Source: Raillietiella orientalis (Eukaryota). Taken from it: DNA of 64,000 bases. Below, in pieces: positions 37,152 to 48,799 of this stretch. The DNA is taken from positions 1,612,001-1,676,000 of the forward strand of contig JAYWIR010000011.1 in NCBI GenBank assembly GCA_036172245.1, written 5' to 3'. A program made the translations under genes and the position numbers. A model generated the notes under the pieces. That model was not told where the DNA came from. It did not search any database and was given only the letters and a program-made list of their open reading frames with translations. The stretch's first letter is position 1. Each line of letters opens with the position of its first letter.

Positions 37152-37599
37152 CAGCAGCACGGGACCCCTCCACTTGAAAGGCACAGAAGAGCGCATCCAC
37201 CGATGTGACGCATCCTGGTTCCCCTGAACGAACGCTCCTCGGATCATCACGATCCGTGAGTGGATCTTCCGGATTCAACCGCCCCCGCCTCAATTTGTGG
37301 GTTGTGGGTTTCGCTAGCTGCGGTATGAGTTCTTCCGAGCTCCAAGAAGATGAGGCTGCGCTGGGAGGGTTTTTTATCAGGAGCAACAAACGGGTAGCCA
37401 CATTTTCCACCTTTCAAGGTCGCATCCTTTTCCACCTCCGCCCTCCCAGTCTACCTTGATCTCGTCTCGAAGGGTCCTTGCTGAGATCCCGGGTCAGCTG
37501 TCACCATATTCCATCTCCGAGGCTGTCTCGAAGGTACCTTCCTTGCACGAAGGTACCTTCGATCTTTCGCGCTGCTCTGGCGCGAGCGCTTGCCAGCGC

Positions 37600-38040
37600 C
37601 ACGTTTGGAACCGGAACACAGAATTCTCTTGAAAGACTCTTCTCCGGTTCCGCCTCAACCCACCTGCGTGGATCCACATGTGTTGCGCCACACCCGCTGC
37701 CAACCCGAACTTCCGGCGCGGGGCAGAGCAGTTCCGGCAGGATGAATGTCTATCCCGAACCAAGGGATCGGATTCTGCGGGAGAGTTCTTGAAACACCAG
37801 TTGGCCGGTGACGATGCTGCGGTCCCGGGGACGTGCCGGAGCGCGTGAACGAGCTCGCCTTTCCCGCTAGTCGTTTCCGCGGCTGGCGGAGCAGTAGGTT
37901 CAGAGAAGGAGGGCGTTTTCCAGCCCTCGCAGCCATAGACGCCACGCAAATCAGAGTCGCCCGGAGTGCAGCAGCGGGCGGCTGGGCACGCCCTTTCGAC
38001 TCGAACAGCTCGATGGTCCGAAATCATACCTCTGTTCTGA
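37600..38040 (-). mobile_element. Decayed LINE endonuclease/RT N-terminal fragment
   Basis: Minus-strand ISDHRAVRV, GELVHALR, FILPE and GWQRV lie in the order of the APE SDH, RT0, I.LLPK and WRP motifs, but are frameshifted. Confidence 0.4.
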
Positions 38041-38746
38041 GAGGATCTTCCAGTAGAGCTCTTCCTCACCGTCTTCATCAGGGTTCATCCGAAGATTGGG
38101 GAGACAACGGGCAGTCTTCGCGGAGCCGGGACCGCCGCCGTTCCGTGACGACAGAAAGCGTCGTCACGGAACGTCATCCCTCTGTTCTAAAATGGAGGAC
38201 GACGGATGCGGGAAAATGAAATGACCGAGAGGAGAATATTCGGTAAGAAAGCAGCTCCAAGCTCACCGGTGATCATCAAAGAACGATCCAAAATCAGAGG
38301 CTTCAGGCAAGCCAAGCTCCCCGGGGAGGGAACGTTATGAACGCCAACAGAAGAATCGCCTCCATAGATGGCGCTTCCATCGTCTTCAGAAAAAACATGA
38401 GAATTTTCCCTTAATTTTCCCGGGCTCTGTAAGATTGGCTCCGACTGTGATACTCGACCTTGAGCACCTCTCTCGACCTTGAGCGTTCCTTCTCCTCCCA
38501 TGTCGCTCCGTCGCTCAGAAACTCTTCATTTGCAAGGAAAACAAGGTGACCTCCTTCCCTTCATGGGTAGATGGCGGCCACCTAGTGATCTCATGGGAGG
38601 GAACTTATCAGCATCCTGCACAGCACGCATGAGTGGCTCAGGGAATTACGGTTAACCCTTCCTGTGACTGCTAATCCGGGACAGCGGATGTGGACCCAAC
38701 CCGGAAGAGGAAGCAGGCACTGGCGAGGAGCCACCAACCGCAAGCG

Positions 38747-39533
38747 TCAGCTGTGAGAAGAAAGGGGTGACTCACCCCAAAGACCCTTGTCCCTACCCTC
38801 CCGTCATTTTTTATTCTATTTGTTGTCCCCTCCCCCTCGCTCCCGACTTCCTGCTGTTGTATTGGGATCTCCCGTGCAACGCTAGCCGGCATCATTGGAC
38901 ACGGATGTGGGTGGACCCAAACTGCAAGGTGGAGGAGCGGGAATTCCTCCTACATCTCCTAGTGGACTATATTGCCCTCTGGCCCCTTTGGGGACGCTTT
39001 ACCGCGACCCTTGGAAACCCCGGCGGCAACGCCAGAAAAGGTTTGAAGTGCCTCTTCCTACGCGACACCATCACGTCGGCCGCATCCCTAGCAGCACTTT
39101 GCTGCCCACGCGGTGGGACCGTTACATGGAGCAGCAACTCCATAGGAGGCCAGAACGACAGGAACGCCATCTATTCTGCTGTCCTCTTTATGAGGACCGC
39201 ATCAAGATAGCTCTATCGGGGAGTCTTGCAACAGGAACTTACCGGCATCCTTACAAGGATGCAGAGGACGCCCCCCAGCACACAATGATTCGCCCTACGC
39301 ACTTCTGTGTCACGAGTTCCTCGTCCCGAATCCCCATATTTTTTTGACTGTATGTTTTTTTTTTTTATTTTCCGCATCCCCTGTGCTGCCGAGGCGGACC
39401 TCGCCGGCTTGCGTGACAGTTTCCGGCAGGTTCCTTCTCGTAGTTACAAATAACGTGGCAGGATCAAACGTCCTGCCACAGACGTGTTCGTTTATTTTTT
39501 ATAAATAAACGCCCTGGCGTGACCGGGTGTCAG
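38747..39533 (+). mobile_element. Chimeric 5'-truncated LINE insertion (subfamily A 3' end joined to subfamily B 3' end) with a 13-bp TSD
   Basis: ccaaccgcaagcg at 38734-38746 and 39534-39546. 38748-38847 closely matches 36948-37047, then comes EREFLLHLLVD..LWPLWGRF and a 3' UTR ending AATAAA-cgc-cctgg-cgtga-ccggg-tg. Confidence 0.75.
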
Positions 39534-41294
39534 CCAACCGCAAGCGGTGCCTCGCAGCAAAGAAATCCAGAACCCTGCGATCTCTCGCTTCTTTTCCTTC
39601 CCCATATCAGGGAGGCGAGGACATGAACATGTTCAGATTGCTCATTCGGGAATGGGAGCAGTTCTTTGCTCGTGGTAGCTGCCACGGGACGTGACTGTTC
39701 CTGTGCCGTGGAAGGATTCGTTTCCACAGCGTCTGGAAAATCGTCCAAAATGTCAAGTGAGAATCTCCCGGAATGCGTTCCCCAGAAAGGGTGGAATCCT
39801 CGCCATGGCTTCCAGACGTTTCGGCATCCAGGAAACGAACCTGCGAGTGGTTGGAACGACAGCCGGGATGAGTGACCCGCCACCAGGCACTCCGGACTTC
39901 CTCACAGAGGAAACATCCCTTTTTACCACAGAGGAATCCCGAGTGGATCGAGGACCAAACGCTGGACAGGGAAACATCCAGGACGAGCTCAGCTCGACAC
40001 GTGCGGATCCAGGGAAACCCAGCTTCACGTGCTCACCCGCCTAACTCTGCACCGAGGCTGGGCAGCGCTGAAGGCGGTGGCGAGTATGCAGAGCAGCACG
40101 AGGATGGAAATCCCGGCGGGATTGTTCGAAGGGGACGGCAGCGTTCCCGTGGCGCGAGCGGCGACACTTGGCCCCTCCCTCTCGAGAGCTGCGACGAGGA
40201 GGGCAAAGACGAGGGGGAAAGCGACACCCGCCATGGAATCGTCCCGGGAGGAATCACCCAGAGGGAGACGGACACACCAGGAACTGCGGCAGGATCCCCC
40301 TACCCTGGACGCATCGCGACACCTGGAAGAAGACCGAGTAATCCCAGGTGATCGGAACGCCCAGAAAAGTACCCCATTGATATGGGCCCAGAGACAAGAT
40401 CTGGGAAAGAGACACCTATCGTTGCAGCAGTGACGTCTTGGAAACAGATGTGTGCCGGTCGCTTCGTGCACTTGCCGTCCCTGCGGGCTGATAGCTTTCG
40501 CCCCAACGCTTGTTGGAGTGGCGACTGCTGACCCTTTCTTCCCTCTCTCCCCACACCTCCACGTGAAGAATCAGGGCATTTTGTCCTTCAAAAAATTTCT
40601 TTTTCTGGCACTCCTTCCCCTGTATCCTCGATGCGGACCGCACTGGCAAGTCAGCTGGCTTCTGCCAGCTCATCCAAAATTCCTCGGACTAGTGGTCCCA
40701 CTCTGCACTGCTTCATTCATTTGTTTGTCTGTTACAAGTCGCAACAAACTCCCCAGGGCGTTTGCTGCAACTGTTTCAGCGGGTGTTCCAGAGAAGCCAG
40801 CCGCGATCTCGCGAGGTAAACCGCTGCTCTTTCCGCGGTGTTTTGGTCCTGAGGTAACGAACGCTCGGGGCATTTCTTGGGCCGCAGCGAGCACTTTGCC
40901 TCGAAAGCCCCCACTGTCCAGGCCGACTGCTCCACCTGCGTCTTTGCGACCGCGGGCCGTTCGTGCGGGGGCCGCCGGCGTCAAGCAAACCGGTTTGGCA
41001 CAGAGGAATCTGCCACCGCGTTCCTGAGCGAACAGCGGTGCCATGGAGCCGCCATTCCCCGCATTCGGGGCTCCGAGTGCGCTGCACGCAAAGAGGGAAC
41101 TTGGAGTCCCCGGCTCCCCGGACAGCACCCGAAAACTTCCAGCTTCGCCCGTCGCTCTTCCCTCCTTCCGTACGCGACTGCACTGGTCGTACCGAGCGGG
41201 TTCCACGGTTACTGAACGCGGACGTTCACGCACCGCGCCTTTATCGGGGAGGGTCATCGAAGTCGTATCGCTGACCTTGTTTCCAACCGGGAAC

Positions 41295-41945
41295 TTTTTC
41301 ATCCAGTCACGCCGGGGCGTTTATTTTATAACAATAAACCAGTTGGGAATAAAAGTTCCCAACCGAGGACAAGAAGAAACAACGGCACGCAGGTCGGGGC
41401 AATAGAGAGTCCTGAACGGGAGAGGAGCAAGGGGGCAACAAAAACAAACAAAGTGGATGGGAAGGGGCAGGGATCTTTGCCTTTGCTCCGCGTTTACTGG
41501 GATGAGCAAACAGCACCGGAGCGAACGGAGATGGGGAATAACAAAATAAATATATATATAAATGGAAGGAGGGGACAAGGATTACCGGGTTCGCCGTTCC
41601 AAACCGGCCATCAACCGGCAGTGGATGTCGGTGACATCCTTTGCTTCTTCTCCCACGTGAGGCCACCTGGCAGCTGCCCCGATGTAAGTGGCTGCTATCC
41701 TGATGGTCTCTTTTTGATGCCCGGTAATTTCCAGCCCCTGTCGGGCCGAAGAGATGGCGAGGATGCAACCCATGGTTGCAATAACGGGACCTGTGGACGG
41801 GCCTCTGGGAGTAAAGAACCACAGCAGCACGTCTCTTGCGGTATCCTTCTGGTGCATAAGTGCCGTTTCCAGGCTCCGCCACAGTTCTTGGGGGGTACCG
41901 CATTCCAAAAGCATGTGTGGGATCGACTCCGTCGACCCGCACCCG
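41295..41945 (-). mobile_element. L1/Tx1-like LINE 3' fragment (subfamily A) with short A-tail
   Basis: HMLLECGTPQELWRSL...WFFTPRGPSTGPVIATMGCILAI...AAARWPHV; ends AATAAA-cgcc-ccgg-cgtga-ctgg-atg-AAAAA on the minus strand. Confidence 0.75.
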
Positions 41946-42624
41946 GGGAGTCATCGAGGGTCCTGATAGACGCCCTCTTCACCCCGTTCCCCCGACCAGT
42001 CTGGCGACTTTTCTGCGCTTGCTCCAATCTTGGACGCTCTTCTTGGGGGTGTCTTCGTCCCAAAGGCAAGCCGACGAGGGTCGGTTGCCTTCGGGACATC
42101 CACTTCGGGCGTCCCGGGTGAGCAAACAGCAAATCCTGCTCGGATGGTGAAAGTGCGTACGCGCGCAGCGCGAGTACACTTCTGTGTCACGGACGCGCTT
42201 TTTTCTCCTCGAATCCACGGCTGAACGAAACCGCGAGCACCAAAAAAAAGTAGCTGCAGGCGGGTCGAGCCGGAGTGACCCGGCGCAGAGGCGTGACAAA
42301 CTCAGCTCTCGGCAAGCCGGGAGTTATCGATCGGTGCTTTCTACCGCCTTTCTAAATTCTGCTTCCCACCGCTCCGGGTGCCCCTTCAGAGGGACCGAAA
42401 ACACCGACGTGATTCTGGAGGAGTTTTTCGTGACCTTGCGCTTTGCTGAGCTCATCATCCCTTGGAGGACAAACACAGCCGCACCCGCCCATACGTTCAT
42501 CTCGCAGTTTCCTAGAACTTTCCATCGGGAGTGGTCGTTCGCTTTATCCACGGTTCGGTGATTCACGTGGGGCGCCCTCCCGTCGCCGCTTTTACACTCT
42601 GGAGAGGGAACCCCCGAGGGTGAT

Positions 42625-42830
42625 GTCAACCAGCTTCATAGGAAGTGCACTCCACTTCCATAACCGGAGGGAGACTCCGAAGGGAACGGGCTCTTTGATT
42701 CCAGGAAGGACCCGGAGGGTCAACTTTCAATCCCGGCCATCCACGGAGGAGTCCGGCTTCCACCAGTTCCGTTCCCGAAGCACACAGGCCAGCCAGCGTC
42801 ATCCTACGGGGGGATTCGAACATGCGATGC
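42625..42830 (-). mobile_element. LINE ORF2 internal fragment
   Basis: Same module as 26.2, 30.3 and 48.0 kb (WPGLKVDPPGPSWNQR). Confidence 0.6.
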
Positions 42831-45249
42831 TCGGTACCACAAGCGGAGAGCGCAGGCACCGCCAACGCGGGCTCGTTTCTCCTCAAATCTTGACTCAATG
42901 ACCACGACGCTAGTGGTCCTTGCTGGGGACCGAGTCAAACATCTTCCTGGCCACCGAGTTCGCCTTTCAACTCCTCCAGAGGAAGGCTTCCTGGCTTGCT
43001 TCGCCTCGGGACTTCTGCTTGCCTCGATCAAGGCTTCTTCCACTCGGGAGCCAAACACCCCGAAGCATCGTAATGTGCTCCGACGGAATGAGCCTGAAAC
43101 GAGTGCGCCTCCCCTCCCCTCCTTTGCTGCCCGCCACACACCAAAGATTCTTCCTACTCGTCCAGTGTCAGTCCCGTACCGTCCCCACACGACACCCGGC
43201 CTTCTTCCGAGGTCGGCTCCTGGTTCCAACAACCACTGTCGCATCCTCAAAGGAGTCACGATGAGACGGGAGGACCTCATTTTCCTGCACGCGGAGGATC
43301 AGTCGATCCACCTACGCTAGACGTTTCTTGTTTCACGTTTCTCGCACACTGTTTTCTTGGAAGGAATTTCCGATGATGGGCAGCAACGAAAGTCCTCTCT
43401 CGCCCTTCTTCTTCTTCCTTGCTTTTGCTTTCAGACTGCCCTTAAAAAGCACTTCTTCCACAGGTGCTCGTGTCGCTTCCTTCGCAGCACACCAGACGGT
43501 CCGCAGCCTCCGGCACGTGTTCCGACCTTCTCCCGCTGGGCGCGGCAATCCCAAAGGAATGCTCCAGGGTTCGCTTCGGCAGGTGCCCGACCCTCTCGGT
43601 CAGCCTTCCCTCCTCCCGCAGGCCGATCTTCCTCTCTGACAGCCGCGGACGGCACGCGAGCGCGAGGGAGACTCACGAAACCGGATGCGGATCCGCGGAG
43701 CAGCCACGCGGCACGTTCGATTTTCCCCTGCCGCCGTCTGTCGGACCCGACCGCGCATGCTCTGACCGACTCCGCTTGCGTCCGGCGCGCCGGACTGACC
43801 GCCGAGCGCGAGCCGCGGATCCGTCGCTCCTCGCTGGACATGGCGCTGACCGAGCACATCTCCGGGTCGCTCTCGGAAGACGGCGCGCGGTCAGAACCTT
43901 CCGTGACCGGAACATTCGCTACCACGGCGCGTTGCCCGAGGAAAAAGTGTGGTCGCTGGTTGCTACGGACACCGCCACCGTGGCGATAGCCACGGAAGGG
44001 TGTGATGGTGGTGGGACGGGAGTCCGCCGAGGGATTCAGAGTGGCCACGGCGATGAGGGCCATCTCGCCAACCTCCAGCACAGATCCGCTCCTGCCTTCC
44101 GGCGCTCTGCCGTGGGAGGATGGCAAGGGTACGAGGATCGCCCGGGGCCGCAGCAGGTGTTGGCGGGGGTGGCGGCAGCATTCCTGATGTGCAGGAAGGC
44201 CCCAAGCGGAAGGGCTGCTGCTGCCCTTGGACGTGGTTTCAGGCTCAGGAGAAGCGTCCCGGGGAACTCCGGAAAGGAGTGTGCTAAGGAGCAGCTAAAG
44301 AGCATCAACTTGGAATCCACGTCCAGCGCTCGCGGGAACAGAACGGGCAATGGCGACGGACACTCCGGAGGCGGGTCAGCCGCTCCCACCTATTTGTGGT
44401 CCGTGCGCCAGGCGGCAGGGATTCACGGATGCGTGGGGAATGGGCAGTTCCAGGGCATCGCCAGCGTTCCTCCCCCGGCTCAGCGGGCCGTCAGGTTCCC
44501 TCGGGCTCGCAGGAAAGCAAGGGGGAAAAAAGCCTCAGCCAGGGAGAAGGAGCAGCAGGAGTTGAGGAAGTCGCGGTGGGGTCGTCGTCTACGCCTCCAG
44601 CTAGTGACGAGCATTCGACCGGTAGGGTCGGCTTGGGAAAGGGCAGGTGACGCTGGGGTTCCCTGCCACCGCCGCCGCCCAGGCTCTGCGCGTGCCTGCG
44701 CTGCTGGCCATGCGCGACGTGCGCGCGCGAGCTGGAGGATCGTCCTGGTAGCGCGGGCGCTGGCACGCGACCGCCCGCGGCGATGCCATGATGAGCACAA
44801 CGGGGGCGGAGGGGGCAATCCGATCCGATGGGTGGGCCGCTGAGACAAGAAACGCGGCGGAGCATCACCACTGGGCAATCTCTGACATCGATGCCTGCTC
44901 ACTCGAACGCTGCCGGGGGGTGCCAAACGGAGGCTGACCACTGGAGAGAGGGGCGCGGAAGAAAAGGTCTCGGAGGGGCTCCCTCGCTTCTTCCGAGACC
45001 TCTCGAGACGGCGACACTCCACCTTGTCCGTTCGCAGGGACGCTGCTTCCTCATGGAGACCACGGACCAGAAAGCCCTCTGGGGTCGGTGCCTCTAACAC
45101 CGAAGTCCTCTGGAGCGTGCGGAGCGGACGTTGGTGGAACGTGTGGAAGGTGACACTATCCCCCACCCCCAGCCATCCACAGCGATAGAGGGCAGAGGGC
45201 TCGCAGTAACTCTGTGATCCCGAGTAGGCGGCTGCGAAGGTGGAAGAAC

Positions 45250-45480
45250 GCTCGGGAAACGGGGTCGCCGCCCGTCAAGGGCTTTCCCAATCGTGTCTGC
45301 TCGCGATATCTGCATTAGGAGGATTCTCAGGGTGCTAATTCCGGACCCTCACGAAGGCTGATCATTCGCTCACGCATCGCAGCATCCCTGGAACACGGAG
45401 ACGCGGACTTGGGCTCCCGGTTTCCAGCAAGACCAGAGTTCGTCCGGAAAGCATAAGCCCCGGAAACGACGAGTGACGGA
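45250..45480 (-). mobile_element. Possible decayed RT core fragment
   Basis: Minus-strand GLCFPDELW (like L.FADDL) followed by LRILLMQI (like LKILG); heavily degenerate. Confidence 0.3.
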
Positions 45481-45816
45481 GACGCGGCGATTCAGGCGAG
45501 CGACGCAGAAGAGAGAGAGAGGAGGGGGGGGAAGATCTACCGGGTGGACAGCCACTTCGCCCAACTCGCCCGCTCGTTTCCGCCCTCCTGCTGACGAAGA
45601 AGAGGGGAGGGGAGGAGGAAGAGGGTGTTGCCTACGACGGGGAACCACGCGTTAGTCTCGACGGCGCGAGCCGAGGACCGGTCTCATCGACCCTCCTGGG
45701 AAGTATCGATTTTTCCCCGCGGCAGGAGGACGCGAGAGATTTTTTTCTCGTCCCGTTCTGCCAAACCCCGGACGCGGCGAGGCGAAGGGGCGCGGCCCGG
45801 ATGTCCAAGGGAGTAT

Positions 45817-47950
45817 CCGCGCGAGGACGGGGGAAGCCAGGAAGTGCGCGTACTCCGACAGGGAGGAGGTCCATCTCTCCGTTTCCAAGGAGATGAGCTC
45901 CGAGAAGTCTCTGACTCCGCCACCGCTCGCAAGATCGACGTAAGCGCGCGAGGACCCCTTGCAGAAGAAGACCCACTGTGAGGAGGAGCTTGTCCACTGC
46001 GGCCAGCACCGGACCGCGGACGTAGAATTCCCCCTACCATCTAAAGGGCCGGTGCGGGGAAGTGGAAACGCTCCCGCACCTGCTCCTGGACTGCGGTGCC
46101 CTTCTAGGACTTTGGCGGAGGCTGGCCCCAGCTCTCCTGCACCAGGGGAACGCCGCGAGGGACTTGATGCGCCGCTTCTTCACGCCAGGCGGCCTGTCTT
46201 TGGGTGCTGTCGTTGCAACTGTGTGTTGCACCCGCGCCATCGACAAGGCCCACCGAGTGTTGGAGAAGCTGGCCATCCTTCGTCAGCCCACCGGATTAGC
46301 CAGCACAAGCATGTCGTCGGCTGCCAAGTGGGCCCATCTGCCACAGGACGTAAGGAAAGAGATCGCCGGCATCCATCGCCGGTTTTGAAAGGAAGGAACG
46401 GACTCACCAAAGACCCCTGTCCCCTGCCCTCCATATTATTTTTATTTTTTTATAGTAGTGTATTTGTGGTCCCCTCCCTCCCGTTCCGGACTTTCAGCAT
46501 ACCGACCTGCGTGTCGGGGATCCCACCCCCTTCGTCACTTGTCTTTCCCTTTGTCCAGGAACTCTGTTCCCGGATAGTTTTTTTAATAAACGCTCCGGCG
46601 CACCCGGGTGATAAACCATCTACAGGGCAATGCTTGATGACCCCCACCGCGTGCCTCCAAATCGCCCCATCTCCAGTTCCGACGGACAGCTGAGCCAACT
46701 GGCAGGTAACTCCGCCCCGTGACATCCGACGGAGATTTTTAAGCAGCCAGAGACCTGCAAACACAGGTCGAATCCACCAGAGGTTTCTCAAGAGTCGACT
46801 GCGCAGGTCTTATGCTTTCGTTGCTTTCCTTCCGTCTTCCCTTCCCCCCCCCCCCCCCCCTCACACCCCCATCGACTTCGTTTTTGTTCTTTTCGAATTT
46901 TCTTTTCTTTGGTTCTCAAGGAGTGCTGAAGAACCGTTCGCCTCCTTAGGGAGGGCTCACGAAGCTCTCTGACACCTTCCGTGCCACCCGAACGTGCGTA
47001 TCAACTCTTCAGGTTATAGGAGGTAACTCCGTAGGGGGCCGCCCTATGAATTCAGGAGGGGCTCCGGAGGAAGGAGGGAATCCCATTCCTCTCACTCTAT
47101 GGAGGGAACCCGCGCCATGGTTGCCTCCGATTTCCCCTCTTCCCCCCCACACACCTACGCCCGCGCTCTCTGAAGATTGAAAAGAAACTCGCAAATTGTG
47201 GAAGGACGCGTGATCCGACCACACTCCGTTTGTGTGCGGACCTATCGGGTCGCGGTACGCAGACAGGCGGGGATCACCTCGGCAGAGGAGGGGAGGGGGA
47301 AACAAAAAGGAAAATAAAATGAAAAATAAATAAAAGTATTTGGGAGGGTTCATCAAAGGGAGTCCTCTGCATCCTCCCCAGGATGCCGGCTAGGTCCGTC
47401 CGAATAGGTCCCAGGTGGGGTCATCTGGACGCTGCAGAAAGCGAACTGGACGACGTCCCTCTCGTTCCTTCCTCCGTCGGCTTCGCTCCAGGCAGCCATA
47501 ATCCTGCGGATGCAACAAGGAGCTGCTGGGGTCGCGCACAAAGAGGGGCCGTGAAACGTCCCCTGGGGGTGCCAGCCGGGATCCAAGGAGTCGTTCCGAA
47601 ACGTTTCCACAGGGGCTGGAGAACATGACAGTCCACAAGTAGGTGAGGGAGGAATTTCCGTTCCGTCCCGCACCTGGTCTTCCCAGTCCGGTCTCGTCCT
47701 CCCCAGCTCTCAGAGAGCAAAGGGTGCCGCCCCTTGCGCTGGTAGTCTACGAAGGGAACATCGAAAGGAAACTCTTGTGTGTTCTCTCCGGAGAGATCCC
47801 CCAGAGGAGGCCGCTCCTTTATTTCTTCCCCGAAGGAACCCGCAATGGAACCGCTCCTCGTTCCTTCATCGGAAGGGCGCTCCCCGAAGGGAACGGTGCG
47901 CTTCTTGACGCTCTGGAGAGGCACCGGTATCCCACCCGGAAGCGGGGACG
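45817..47950 (-). repeat. Right arm of the inverted duplication, interrupted by a LINE insertion
   Basis: Reverse complement of 31681-33235 with an additional 565-bp insert and one extra copy of the target site. Confidence 0.97.
46050..46614 (+). mobile_element. 5'-truncated L1/Tx1-like LINE insertion (subfamily A) with a 14-bp TSD
   Basis: accatctaaagggc (46036-46049) and accatctacagggc (46615-46628) flank RCGEVETLPHLLLDCGALLGLWRRL...FFTPGG..GAVVATVCCTRAI, a 3' UTR, AATAAA and a terminal hairpin. The single empty site is at 33003-33016 in the duplicate arm. Confidence 0.88.
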
Positions 47951-48790
47951 TCCCCATTTGCACTACTGGAGGATATCTCCGAAGGGAACCGACTCTTTGA
48001 TTCCTGGAAGAACCCCGGAGGATCCACTTCCAATGCCTAGTCGACGGGGGTATCTGGTTTCCCGCCTCCTCCGATGCCACATTCGAAACCAAGAAGCGTC
48101 ATTTTGCAAGGGTCTCGAAACCCAGGACCCAACCCCCATTCTCGGCGTCGACCTTTCCCCGGTGGGTTTCGAACTTGCGACTGTTGGCGCGACGCGCGGA
48201 GAGTGCAGCCACACGGCTGCCGCTGTGGGCCATCGAAGCACGTGGGCAGCGGACCCGACCGTGGATTTCTCTTCCCGGACCGGAAGCGGGTCCGTGTGAC
48301 GCGATGTGGATGAAGGAACGTACAGGAAAACGTGCTCCGCTTTTCCGGAAACGGCTGGAACGAGTGCATCCGCTTCCTCCCGACGGGAGACGTGGAGCCT
48401 GCTTTTTTCTTGCTCGCGGACGAAAGACTCTGATGGCAGTTGCGCTCCGCATCCGAGAAGTGGATTCACTGACTGGTCTTCCTCTATGGCGACCACTGTT
48501 CTGCTGAGGGCTCCTTGGCTAGCGCAGAGGAACCCTTGTTCGTGCTTGCCAGGGGGAGCCTCTTCGCGCACGGGAAGGTCCCGTATCATTCGAAATTTTG
48601 ATCTACTGAGCTCCAGCGTTGCATTTTCTCTCTCTCTTGGGAAACCTCCATCCGTAAGGGAGGACGAGAAATTCTGTTTTCCTCGCAGCTGCCGCTTCTT
48701 TGGCAAACTTAGGAACAAAGGAAAACATGAGAACCTTTCGGTACTGCTGAGAGCTACCATTGCAGACAGCCTTAAGAATCCTCAGAAGAC
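47180..48790 (-). mobile_element. L1/Tx1-like LINE ORF2 C-terminal half and 3' UTR (subfamily B), decayed
   Basis: Minus strand has SLTDGGFP (like post-RT L..GGLG), the KPDTPVD module and the zinc-knuckle remnant RCGTERKFLPHLLVDC in collinear order. Confidence 0.65.
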
Positions 48791-48799
48791 GTGAGGAAC

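Noticed and set aside
43464..44843. Longest ORF in the track (459 aa)
   Set aside because: It is R/G/A/P-rich with no recognisable domain, has long overlapping ORFs in other frames, and lies in GC-rich repeat debris, which is typical of a spurious ORF
31681..47950. A 16-kb DNA transposon (Maverick/foldback/MULE) with 1.5-kb TIRs
   Set aside because: There is no TSD at the outer ends, the breakpoints fall inside LINE coding remnants, and no transposase, integrase or polymerase lies in the spacer
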